Source: an uncultured Porphyromonadaceae bacterium (GTDB taxonomy: Bacteria > Bacteroidota > Bacteroidia > Bacteroidales > Porphyromonadaceae). Taken from it: 64,000 bases of DNA. The notes beneath the pieces were generated by a model, which worked only from the letters and a program-made list of their open reading frames with translations, was not told where the DNA came from and did no database searches. The translations under genes were made by a program, and so were the position numbers. Shown here piece by piece: positions 1-9,300 of this stretch. Location of the stretch: the NCBI GenBank assembly GCA_963526345.1, contig CAURNJ010000002.1, positions 54,900 through 118,899 of the forward strand. Reading direction: 5' to 3'. Within the stretch, counting starts at the first letter, position 1; every line of letters starts with the position of its first letter.

Positions 1-1393
1 CAAAGTTTATAGCCAGCTTGAGTGCTGAAAAATCAATGCTATAGTTGCTGGATAGGTTAAGAAAGCGGGTGAGCTTACCTGGCATAATATATCTTCCCTG
101 TTTATCTGCGCCCTCTTGATAGCCTATGCTCGCCGAAAGACTATGGTTTTGTGCTTCACTCTTCTTGACCTGCCAGTTCATGTTGAGGTCAAGACTGTTG
201 TTGAGCTGTACAAAGTTCAGTGTATCAAGATTCTCATAGGGCATCTGCTGATTGATGTAGTCAAAACTGGATTTGATATTACGATGCCCCTGAAAGCTTG
301 ATGCCGACAGCGACAGTGAGAAACGTTCACTGGGCGTAAAGCCGATATTGGCTGAGCCTACAAAACGCTTATTCTTTTCCTTCTTATCGCCGGAGAGGTC
401 ATCTCGCTGTACCCCACCACTCAGTGCTAGGCTTAGTTTATCGGAGAAGAAGTTTCGACTATAATTGACTGTTAAATTCTCGTAGTCATTATTAAAGTAG
501 TAAGCCCCCAGAGTCTCGTAGTCTGGACTAATACGCTCATAAGCAAGACCGAGCTGATTGCCCAGTAGCTTATAGCTAAGCTCAGTCTTAAAAGCGTGAT
601 AAGGTTTACGAGCATTGGTACGGAGGTCTTGCTGCATCAGACTAAGACCATACTCAAAAGACCACTGCAGATCCTTGATGAGACTAAGACCGCCCTCGAT
701 ACCCAATGCAAGGTTGGCTTTGGGACTAAGGCCAAGAGCATCGGCATCAAAAGAGATAACACCAGCTTTATCTTTAGCCGTAAACACAGTACCTCCAATG
801 AAGAACTTATCTCCATCATAGCGACTCTTGAGCCCGTAGCCCCAGCGCTCGTAGCTTGGTCTAATACTCGGCAACTCAGGATTGAAATCAATCCGACGTA
901 ATAATCGACCACCCATCGCGGAGATTTGCCACTTCCCAGGTGTGAGCTCTAGCCCCAAACCCGTAAACTGATGCCCACTCATCGTATAAGGGCTAAAGGT
1001 CATCGACACATCGCCAATATGTGCCTTGATCCACTTATATGAAGGGTGTAGGCTGAGACGATTAGGAAGAGATGGATAGCTGAAGTTAGAGCCGTAGTTG
1101 TTGAGGTTAAAAGACAAGGGAATGTTGAAGAGCTCATACACGGAGATATTAACTGCCCCCGTCACTTGATAAGTAAAGCTTTGCCGTGCTTGCTGTGGCT
1201 TAGCAGAAAAGTAGGAGGCACTGGTCGAAATACTACCACTAATCTTAATCGGCTTCTTCTTTCGGAAGCTCATGACCTCCTCTATATTCACATTCTGAGC
1301 CTTCAAGCTTGGCGAGATCGCCAGCATAGCTATAGTTGCGAATAAAGAGAGGGCTATCGTGGCGTATATCCTTGACGTACGTAGCGTAGACAT
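1..1393 (-). CDS. Putative outer-membrane beta-barrel protein (partial, runs off window start); last visible gene of the toxin-system operon
   Basis: Not in the ORF track (no stop in window). Manual translation from ATG at 1393: MSTLRTSRIYATIALSLFATIAMLAISPSLKAQNVNIEEV..., a signal peptide followed by alternating aromatic/Gly beta-strand pattern (e.g. AYERISPDYETLGAYYFNND). Starts 4 bp after the PKD gene stop. Confidence 0.75.
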   Translation of the reverse strand, partial: MSTLRTSRIYATIALSLFATIAMLAISPSLKAQNVNIEEVMSFRKKKPIKISGSISTSASYFSAKPQQARQSFTYQVTGAVNISVYELFNIPLSFNLNNYGSNFSYPSLPNRLSLHPSYKWIKAHIGDVSMTFSPYTMSGHQFTGLGLELTPGKWQISAMGGRLLRRIDFNPELPSIRPSYERWGYGLKSRYDGDKFFIGGTVFTAKDKAGVISFDADALGLSPKANLALGIEGGLSLIKDLQWSFEYGLSLMQQDLRTNARKPYHAFKTELSYKLLGNQLGLAYERISPDYETLGAYYFNNDYENLTVNYSRNFFSDKLSLALSGGVQRDDLSGDKKEKNKRFVGSANIGFTPSERFSLSLSASSFQGHRNIKSSFDYINQQMPYENLDTLNFVQLNNSLDLNMNWQVKKSEAQNHSLSASIGYQEGADKQGRYIMPGKLTRFLNLSSNYSIDFSALKLAINF

Positions 1394-1397
1394 AATC

Positions 1398-2765
1398 TTA
1401 TTCTCCTAGTCGTTTTTCTATCTTGACATCTGCAAGAATGTATGATTGAGCTCCAGCCTCCACAAAGCCTTTGACTCTAATAATCCCCCTACGGCCATCA
1501 GTGGTTCTAAACAGAACGAAGTGTGGGCTCTGCGCTTTGGTGAAGTGCATTCTACTAGGCTCCGCCCACTGAGTAAATCGAGAAAGTGCTTGTGCATTAT
1601 TAAGAGCATCAAAGCTATCATTACTCACCAAGATACCCATAGCTGATGTGCTATTGATGAAGGTAGAGGCTATAGCATTGGGGATCGCTGGGAAAGCATT
1701 AGCTCGTGCCTCAAGTGGAGAGAAGAAATAGCAATAATTGAATGAGGAGTTCAACGCAAAGAACCCGAAGTCAATACTTGCCCCTACATTCTCTTGTGCG
1801 ATACGCTGAGAGGTTAACACGCCACCTAAGCGAGAGGAATAGAAGCAACCGATACTATTCTTTGCTTCGCTAATGCCGAACTTAAGGTCTTGCTGGAAGA
1901 CCAGACCACTATTGGGCTTTATCGTTAATGTCTTCTCAACAACCTTATCCTCCTTACCGTTGCTGGCAATCAGTCTAAGGCGATAAATGCCAGCCCGCTC
2001 AAAGCGCACCGAAGGGTGCTCAGCAGTAGCGTTATCTATCGTAGCTCCCTCGCAAGACCAACGATAGCTTAGTCCTCCACTGGTTCGGTTCCGAGTCTGT
2101 AGCGTTAAAGGGGCCTCCCAGTCTTGGTCTACGGCAATGGGCTCATAGTCGAAGTCTGCCTGCATAGCGGGCTGTAGCGTAAAGCTTTTACTTAGTTCCT
2201 CATAACGACTACCATTGAAGACCTTGAGATGAATGCGATGTATGCCTCCATCTGCAAAAGTAACAGCGGAGGGATATTGCTCTGTAGATGAGCTGGGGTT
2301 GCCTCCCTCAAAAGTCCACTCATAGCGACTACCCCCTCGGCTCTTATTGCTGATAGATACTACACCTGGAGCAATATCATTGATGGCAATAGCGTAGTCA
2401 AAGTCAATACTCATCGCCGAGTCCACACGGATAACTTGCTCGCTGACACGCTCATCAACAGCATTCCATACGCGTAAGCGAATCTTATGCTCACCCGCTC
2501 CTGTGAAGGTTACAGACTCGGGAGCTCTATCTCTTGAACTGGCAGGTACACCGCCCTCAAACGTCCACTCATACTCGTCGGCTCCATAGCTATTGTTCTG
2601 TAGCTTAACCGTGACAGGAGCGGTCTTATCCTCTGCAATCGCAACCTCAAAGGACGAGGCAATGGGGATAGCCGTCTCTTTGAGACAAGAGCTAAGGAGT
2701 AATAGTATTGCGACAGATAAGAGTAATCGCCGAAACATACAAAACAAACGTTTGATATTATTCAT
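1398..2765 (-). CDS. PKD-repeat lipoprotein
   Basis: Lipobox LLLSSC; three PKD-like repeats (YEWTFEGGxP...VTFxxxGxHxIxLxVxN); true start may be MFRRL at about 2738. Confidence 0.85.
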   Translation of the reverse strand: MNNIKRLFCMFRRLLLSVAILLLLSSCLKETAIPIASSFEVAIAEDKTAPVTVKLQNNSYGADEYEWTFEGGVPASSRDRAPESVTFTGAGEHKIRLRVWNAVDERVSEQVIRVDSAMSIDFDYAIAINDIAPGVVSISNKSRGGSRYEWTFEGGNPSSSTEQYPSAVTFADGGIHRIHLKVFNGSRYEELSKSFTLQPAMQADFDYEPIAVDQDWEAPLTLQTRNRTSGGLSYRWSCEGATIDNATAEHPSVRFERAGIYRLRLIASNGKEDKVVEKTLTIKPNSGLVFQQDLKFGISEAKNSIGCFYSSRLGGVLTSQRIAQENVGASIDFGFFALNSSFNYCYFFSPLEARANAFPAIPNAIASTFINSTSAMGILVSNDSFDALNNAQALSRFTQWAEPSRMHFTKAQSPHFVLFRTTDGRRGIIRVKGFVEAGAQSYILADVKIEKRLGE

Positions 2766-2788
2766 AAAACAAAAACACTTAGAGTTTG

Positions 2789-3004
2789 CTAACAGACAAG
2801 GTAAGAGTCAACAGCGAAACAGACTGCATAGGGGTTGTCTTCGAACCCCAATATACGAAGCCAATAGGTAATGCGCCCCTGATAGAGGCCGCACTTCTTG
2901 TCGGTGGCGTACTTGATGAGGTCGGAACTCAGGTACTCTTCGATGATACAAAGGAGCTCCGAATAGCTGAGCGGGTGTGACATATAAGTATGATTTATAC
3001 CCAT
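2789..3004 (-). pseudogene. Possible gene fragment (immunity-like remnant)
   Basis: Short 71-aa ORF in operon orientation between the toxin stub and the PKD gene; no recognisable motif. Confidence 0.25.
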
Positions 3005-3021
3005 CCCACTGTCAACCTTTC

Positions 3022-3390
3022 TCAGTACACCACAGGCTTGTAGTATTCGTCTAACTTGACGGAGCGCTGGTACCAGGACTCAGTGCCGCTGTCAAAGGCA
3101 TAGCGTGCCTGTGCTGATGACTCAAAGCGAACCGTACCGACATCATGAGCTAAACGGCTCGCATCAAAAGAGCCAATCTTATCTACACGCTCTACCTTGA
3201 GCCCTTGCTTCCTGCCTACGCGCCCCTCCGAGGATGAGGTAGCTGATAGTAGATTCTCTGGGTTCTGTGAAGAGGGCCACTGAACAGTCACGTGAATAGG
3301 ATAGTACTGTCCAAACAGCTGACCACCGACACCTAAACAGAGTGTCAGTAGCAGCACGAGTAGACGAAGACTATGCCTGAGGCAATACAT
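3022..3390 (-). pseudogene. Truncated toxin N-terminal stub (signal peptide plus conserved module start)
   Basis: Near-identical to the first ~120 aa of the 6400-10113 toxin (QYYPxHVxVQWPSSQxPENLLSATSSSEGRVG...KLDEYYKP), then stops abruptly. Confidence 0.8.
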
Positions 3391-3399
3391 GAGACTGTT
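3034..3399. repeat. Direct repeat of ~9754-10122 (toxin 5' region including the start-codon context)
   Basis: By-eye alignment of long near-identical runs, e.g. ctcaaagcgaaccgtaccgacatcatgagctaaacggctcgcatcaaaag and catgagactgtt. Confidence 0.9.
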
Positions 3400-3459
3400 A
3401 TTATTAAGCTTTATAGCTGCTTACTACGATGGGGGCTAAAGACGGAGCTTCTTTGCTGT

Positions 3460-3467
3460 CAAAGTTA
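3460..3467 (-). promoter_or_regulatory. Bacteroidota sigma-A -7 box (TAACTTTG), internal promoter for the stub/PKD/barrel genes
   Basis: Matches TAnnTTTG about 70 bp upstream of the ATG at 3390. Confidence 0.5.
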
Positions 3468-3538
3468 GCCCTTTCAGCGGGGAGTACGACGGAGGCAGAG
3501 GTGCGATAGAATGCGGGCTTGCGGAAGGAGGGGGTGCA

Positions 3539-3641
3539 AACCTATAGTGGTTCACGCGTTGACCAATAGTGGTTGGTGGTAGTAACCTATAGTGGTTCGC
3601 GCGTCGACCAATACTGGTCGCCTCGCTGACCACTATAGGTC
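3539..3641. repeat. Array of 5 palindromic 14-mers (RACC-N6-GGTY) with 22-23-bp period
   Basis: Units at 3539 aacctatagtggtt, 3561 gaccaatagtggtt, 3584 aacctatagtggtt, 3606 gaccaatactggtc, 3628 gaccactataggtc. Confidence 0.85.
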
Positions 3642-3738
3642 GCTACTACCTCCCCATGGAGAGAGTGGTGGCGCATACGGCGAAGGCGATGAGGATAGGC
3701 ATAAAGCAGTGTCCCTCGAAACAGCTATGTAAGACACG

Positions 3739-4788
3739 TTAATATGTCCGCTGGTAGATGCGCACCTCATCGTGGGAGTGAGCAATCATTCGGTCGCCGA
3801 TGATGTGCACGGAGTCGATATCCCAACCGCCCCAGAGGTCATGCCAAACAAACTCCTCCGTCTGAATATCGAAGGCTGCAAGGAAGAAGATACCCGACAC
3901 TCGCACTGAGACGTAGAAGATCCCTTCGTGTAGCAAGAGTCCCGTGTACTCCGCACTATACTCCTTCCCTTCATAGGCAAAGCGATCCCTTCGTTCGTCA
4001 CAGAGCATACGCCCTGCCTCGAAGTCAAATACGGTATAGTAGCTTCCGTATAAGGAATATCCTCGTGTCCCTTGGATAAACATCTTGGGTAGTGTCTCAT
4101 CCCGTCTCTCGAGTACCTTCCCCGTGGCTACATCTATACGGTGCAAGTGCTTTTGAGTTGTCACCCACAGATCAGAGCCGTAGAAGTTGATGAAGTCAAT
4201 CTCCCCAGGGACGACTCCATTGCGCCAAAGGGAATAGCCACGACCACTCTCAGCAAAGTCCAGCCGATAGACCTCCTCCAAACCTTGACCATCCTTATCT
4301 CGCATAGCTACCAGCTGACTCTTCCCCTCGCAAGTGAAGAAGTGGAGACCACGGTGGCTGCCCTTATAAAAGAAGGGCCTCCCAAGAGGGACGAGTCCTA
4401 AGTCATGATACTCATGGGTGGAGAGATTGTACTTGACTACGCGCTTATTCACGAAGTAGACCCAGTCCGCCTCCTCTGTCGGGAGCATATCAAAATATCC
4501 CATTGCATCCACTAAAGACTGCTTTAGCTCTCCGTCTAAAGAGAATATATTCAGCTGATCAGAGAGCGGGGACTCTGACGAGTAATAAACGAACCACAAA
4601 CCTCTTCGCAGTTCGGGGACTCTTGCATAGGGACTATATAGGAACTGGAGCCTCTCTTGGCAGACACCATCCAAAGAGTATCGGTGGGTACTGTAAGTAC
4701 GCTTCTTGTTGGTCGTCGTAATGAAAACGGAGTCCTCATAGATCGACATCCATACGGCGGGGATTCGCTGAATTAACTGATACATCAT
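3739..4788 (-). CDS. Putative immunity protein (beta-propeller-like) for the orphan REase tip
   Basis: Overlaps the stop of the orphan tip by 4 bp; no signal peptide; C-terminal ~210 aa almost identical to the 5328-6395 paralogue; repeated short beta-strands (PQQ/propeller-like). Confidence 0.7.
   Translation of the reverse strand: MMYQLIQRIPAVWMSIYEDSVFITTTNKKRTYSTHRYSLDGVCQERLQFLYSPYARVPELRRGLWFVYYSSESPLSDQLNIFSLDGELKQSLVDAMGYFDMLPTEEADWVYFVNKRVVKYNLSTHEYHDLGLVPLGRPFFYKGSHRGLHFFTCEGKSQLVAMRDKDGQGLEEVYRLDFAESGRGYSLWRNGVVPGEIDFINFYGSDLWVTTQKHLHRIDVATGKVLERRDETLPKMFIQGTRGYSLYGSYYTVFDFEAGRMLCDERRDRFAYEGKEYSAEYTGLLLHEGIFYVSVRVSGIFFLAAFDIQTEEFVWHDLWGGWDIDSVHIIGDRMIAHSHDEVRIYQRTY
3749..4377. repeat. 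~630-bp near-identical direct repeat of 5356-5984 (offset 1607)
   Basis: Direct comparison shows only a handful of substitutions. Confidence 0.95.
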
Positions 4789-5243
4789 TCGGTAATATCA
4801 AAGATTAAATTAAAGACCTTATCCTCTTTGAGAGCTGTATATAAATCTGTAGCCTCAAGGATATCTGTACCCAAAGCATCACTCAGAGCCTGCCTAACGC
4901 TAGGTTGCTCTATTAAAGTCGTGACCTCTACCATAAATGACTGCTCCCGTAGCGCGTCAAGGATTTTCCTCTTGATCTCCTCTCGGCTCATCTTATGACC
5001 ACTGAAGACCCACTTGATTCTTTTACCTTCAGACATTGCTGTGAGATCCTTTAGGAACTGATCTCGGAAGGCCTTACTAGACCAGCTCTGCCAGTTAGAC
5101 CAATTCTTCAGCTCATAGTGAGTTATCCCTTTTCGAGATTGCTCCACTATATCGTATATACGAGCAACTGCCTTTTCACCGACCTTGACCTCCTCTCTAA
5201 CCTCAAACTTCACGATGCTCGTACCCTCAAAGCAAAAACACAT
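4785..5243 (-). CDS. Orphan toxin C-terminal tip, PD-(D/E)xK restriction-endonuclease fold
   Basis: RIYDIV...HYELKNW motif; paralogue of the last ~150 aa of the 1260-aa toxin; 37-bp identity 5193-5229 = 6805-6841. Confidence 0.75.
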   Translation of the reverse strand: MCFCFEGTSIVKFEVREEVKVGEKAVARIYDIVEQSRKGITHYELKNWSNWQSWSSKAFRDQFLKDLTAMSEGKRIKWVFSGHKMSREEIKRKILDALREQSFMVEVTTLIEQPSVRQALSDALGTDILEATDLYTALKEDKVFNLIFDITE

Positions 5244-5327
5244 ACGTTTCGCTCGTTAAACATATACAATCGAATGAGAAAGGCTGTACGCTACAGAGAA
5301 AAGCACTTGCGATGCTGGCGAAGATCT

Positions 5328-6395
5328 TTAGAGGTTGCTGTCGGATGGACCTACTCGCTGGTAGATGCGCACCTCATCGTGGGAGTGAGCTATCATTCGG
5401 TCGCTGATGATGTGCACGGAGTCGATATCCCAACCGCCCCAGAGGTCATGCCAAACAAACTCCTCCGTCTGAATATCGAAGGCTGCAAGGAAGAAGATAC
5501 CCGACACTCGCACTGAGACGTAGAAGATCCCTTCGTGTAGCAAGAGTCCCGTGTACTCCGCACTATACTCCTTCCCTTCATAGGCAAAGCGATCCCTTCG
5601 TTCGTCACAGAGCATACGCCCTGCCTCGAAGTCAAATACGGTATAGTAGCTTCCGTATAAGGAATATCCTCGTGTCCCTTGGATAAACATCTTGGGTAGT
5701 GTCTCATCCCGTCTCTCGAGTACCTTCCCCGTGGCTACATCTATACGGTGCAAGTGCTTTTGAGTTGTCACCCACAGATCAGAGCCGTAGAAGTTGATGA
5801 AGTCAATCTCCCCAGGGACGACTCCATTGCGCCAAAGGGAATAGCCACGACCACTCTCAGCAAAGTCCAGCCGATAGACCTCCTCCAAGCCTTGACCATC
5901 CTTATCTCGCATAGCTACCAGCTGGCTCTTCCCCTCGCAAGTGAAGAAGTGGAGACCACGGTGGCTACCCTTATAAAAAAAGGGATCTTTTAGTGGGAAT
6001 GGACCTAAGTCTTGATACTCATAGGTGGAGAGGTTATAGCTGATAACACATCGTTCATCGACTAAGTAGAAGCGGGGATCTTCCTCAAGAGTGACCATGT
6101 CCAAGTAGCCATCTATACCTGTTATAGATCGCTTTCGTTCGCCGTCTAATGAGCAAATATCAAGCAAGGTCTCAAACGGTGTCCCCACCTCATGATAGAG
6201 CAACCACAAGCCTTGAAAGAGAACAGCTGTTCCCACACCTTCTTTGTGAGGGAATGGGAGCGCATCACCTATTACTCCATCTAAGGAGCAGGGGTGAACA
6301 GACCTCCGTCCCTGAGGAGTTAGCTTGATTAAGAAGAGCTGTCCCTCATATACCTCCACTCGAAAGGCATTGAGCCGCAAGATTACTTTGTACAT
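5328..6395 (-). CDS. Putative immunity protein (beta-propeller-like) for the REase-tip toxin
   Basis: Starts 4 bp after the toxin stop; cytoplasmic; paralogous to 3739-4788 with a divergent N-terminal ~140 aa. Confidence 0.7.
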   Translation of the reverse strand: MYKVILRLNAFRVEVYEGQLFLIKLTPQGRRSVHPCSLDGVIGDALPFPHKEGVGTAVLFQGLWLLYHEVGTPFETLLDICSLDGERKRSITGIDGYLDMVTLEEDPRFYLVDERCVISYNLSTYEYQDLGPFPLKDPFFYKGSHRGLHFFTCEGKSQLVAMRDKDGQGLEEVYRLDFAESGRGYSLWRNGVVPGEIDFINFYGSDLWVTTQKHLHRIDVATGKVLERRDETLPKMFIQGTRGYSLYGSYYTVFDFEAGRMLCDERRDRFAYEGKEYSAEYTGLLLHEGIFYVSVRVSGIFFLAAFDIQTEEFVWHDLWGGWDIDSVHIISDRMIAHSHDEVRIYQRVGPSDSNL

Positions 6396-6399
6396 AGAG

Positions 6400-9300
6400 C
6401 TACCTCATAATTTCAAATATTATATCAAATACCTTGTCTTGCTCTAAGTTTTTGATGATTTCAGCATTTCGTTTAATCTTCACGCCTAGGATATCCCCGA
6501 TTACAGGCGCCTTCGCATCATCAATAACTTCATTAATAGCCTTTTGAAATATTGGATCTTGCAGTGCTTCGATGATCTTCCTCTTGAGCTCCTCTCGGCT
6601 CATCTTGTGACCACTGAAGACCCACTTGACCCTCTTGCCTTTAGCCATTGTTGCGAGATCTCTTAAGAACTGGCGTTGGAAGGCCTTGCCAGACCAACTT
6701 CCCCAGCCAGACCAATTCTTCAACTCATAGTGTATCTTGCTTCTTCCCTCATCTGCCACGATATCATACACACGGGCGACGGTCTTTTCACCAACCTTAA
6801 TCTCCTCTCTAACCTCAAACTTCACGATGCTCGTACCCTCAGCAAGGTGGTCGGCGAAGTACTGCAATTGGAACTTCCCCCCTTGGAGCTTTTTCCCGTT
6901 CTGAGCCATATCTCTTAGTACGATCTCGATACCTTCGGTGTGAAGGAGTTTCTCGAGCACCTCAGGAGTAAAGCCTGAGAGGATTTTGCGGAGCTCTGCC
7001 TCTTTACTAGGGGAAATAGCCTTTGTGCCCTTGAGCTTCCCAAGGAGCTGGTCCACCTGAGAGGTGACGGATTTGGCTTGCCCAGCCTTAGAGCCAGCTT
7101 TGATGCTGGGATCAACTGCCTCCCCACCCGCGGCGATCTTAATGGGCTTCCTCTCTGGATCAGACGATGTGAGGGCCTTAAACACCTCCTCCTGCTGAGA
7201 GAGAAGTTGCTTTTCAGTTGGAGACAAGCCTTTGATTTTCGGGGAAACGATACGCTTCCATTCCGAATATTTAGAGGCAAGGAGGCCTCTAAGAGCCTTG
7301 TTCTCTTGAAGCAACGTCTTACTCTGCCTGGGCAGATTCTTAACGAACTTATATCCCGCCTGCCCCGCATTCTTGATGCCTATGACCCCCATCGCTGTAT
7401 TGTAGATATCTACAGCGCGCTTCAGCTCTGGGTCAGTGATCACCTGCGCATTCACTGCGATATTCCCCACAGCGCCCACAACCTCAGCCAAGGCCCAGGC
7501 ACGCTGTACCCAGTGGACTTTCGTAGCTAATGCCGTACCGCCACTGAAGACAATCGTCGCGACATCAAAGGCTGTGACAACTCCCTTCGCGATATGGTCA
7601 TTGCGGATCTTGTCTGCGCGATACTTCATGAAGATCGCAGGGACAACATACATCTGATCAGACAGAGCATTGCCACCCAAGGCGGTCTCAATCAGCGGGA
7701 GATTATCTGTATCGGGGACGATGATAATAGGAGTAAGAGGAGAGACAATCCCCAACTCTTCTCTATGCTCTTGTGAATGAAGTGAGTTCCTTGCAGTGGT
7801 ATAGGTCTTATATACATCCCACAGCTTTACCTCACCTGTTGAGCTGATGTACTCTCCTTGGTTATACTTCTCGGTGAAGGAGGCATCACCTCCTCCCATC
7901 AATTGGACAGAGCCATAATTAACGGGAGTTAAGTTGAGTACGATCCGAGCATAATCGTCTGGTGCTTCAGGGAATCTTCCCTTGATGCTTTTTCCGCCAT
8001 CGGCATGGAACATCCACACCAGCGCCCCGATGAAGTTGGTATAGTTCTCCTTGTCGGTCCAGAAGTAGAGCGAGACATCATCTATCTCGGATACAAGATG
8101 CCGAAGGAGCGCATTCTGATCAGCCTCTAAGTCACGATAGAATCGAGAATAGTCCTTGCCATCCATCGATTGCATCAGACGCAGAAGGGCTAACTCCTCG
8201 CGCTCCTTTAGCGTTTCCTTTTGAGCGACTCGCTTAAAGGTACGGATCAGCCATTCATAACTCTGGCGCTTAAGTGAGCGGATATGGCAAGACTCAAGCG
8301 TGCGGAGCAAATCTTCATAACTCGTCTTCTCTGACAGCTGACCGAGCTTCAGGATATCTCGTTTTATCTGCTCCTCATCATAGGATCGTCTATCTTTAGC
8401 GAGGGTGGTACGGGCGATGAACTCAGCCTTACAAGACTCAGAAGCAGACCATAGGTAATCTGTTTTCCAGTCCCGCTCAGGGATCTTGAGGGATGAGGGA
8501 TTGGCAGGGTCATACGTGACATCATGATAGTCGTAGAGGCACTTTTCCCCTGAGGCTACACGATACAGTCTGGCAGTAACCTTATGGGATCTCGAATTAT
8601 ACGTCAGTTCAAGATCTGGTGCATCTTCTATCAACTCACCGCCTGAGACATAGGTCTTCTTCTCTTCATCCCAAGAATAGCTCTTCGTGGGGGTGCCTTC
8701 TCTTGAGAATAGTGTTATTCCATGGACGTAGTAGCTCCCTGGAACGATGGTTAGAGTAGCGATATGGTCACTATCCGTAGCCTTGACAGAGAGAATAACC
8801 TTGCCAGCAGGTGTAATCCCTCCATTTTTGGCGTCTATGCGAGCCTCTTGTCTTCTTACTAAATCCCCTTGACTCTTATTATCCGCTGCAGTGAAGACGG
8901 CTGGGTTCGCAAGGACATTCCACTGGAAGGCAGCAAGCTCCTTGCCCGTGGCGTAGTCCATCAAATTACGCGTCTGACCCTGACTCTTCGTCCCACCGTA
9001 CTCGTCATCGAAGGTGTGCTGCAGCGTGAAGAGCCCATGTCCAAGCTCGTGCGCAATGGTATGACTTAAAGCAGACGCACCTCCATTCGGACTATTCCCC
9101 GAGAAGATGTACCCGAAGCGACTACGACGGGGCATCTCGCCCAGCAAGTCCTTCGGCTGAGACTCCAAGCCTCCTGCTGCATCCACCACGAAGAGGTAGA
9201 CGCCATCAAGCGTGCCGGCAAGCTGCGTATAAGCTTTCTTCAGGTACTCCATCTCCGCACTCTCCTTCACCTCACGCACACGACCGAAGAAGCTCTTACC

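Noticed and set aside
116..912. Short ORFs in the first kilobase
   Set aside because: Explained by the stop-less minus-strand barrel gene starting at 1393.
3749..5984. Near-identical repeat pair as DGR template/variable repeat
   Set aside because: The few differences are not adenine-specific, the repeat is much longer than a TR, and no reverse transcriptase is seen.
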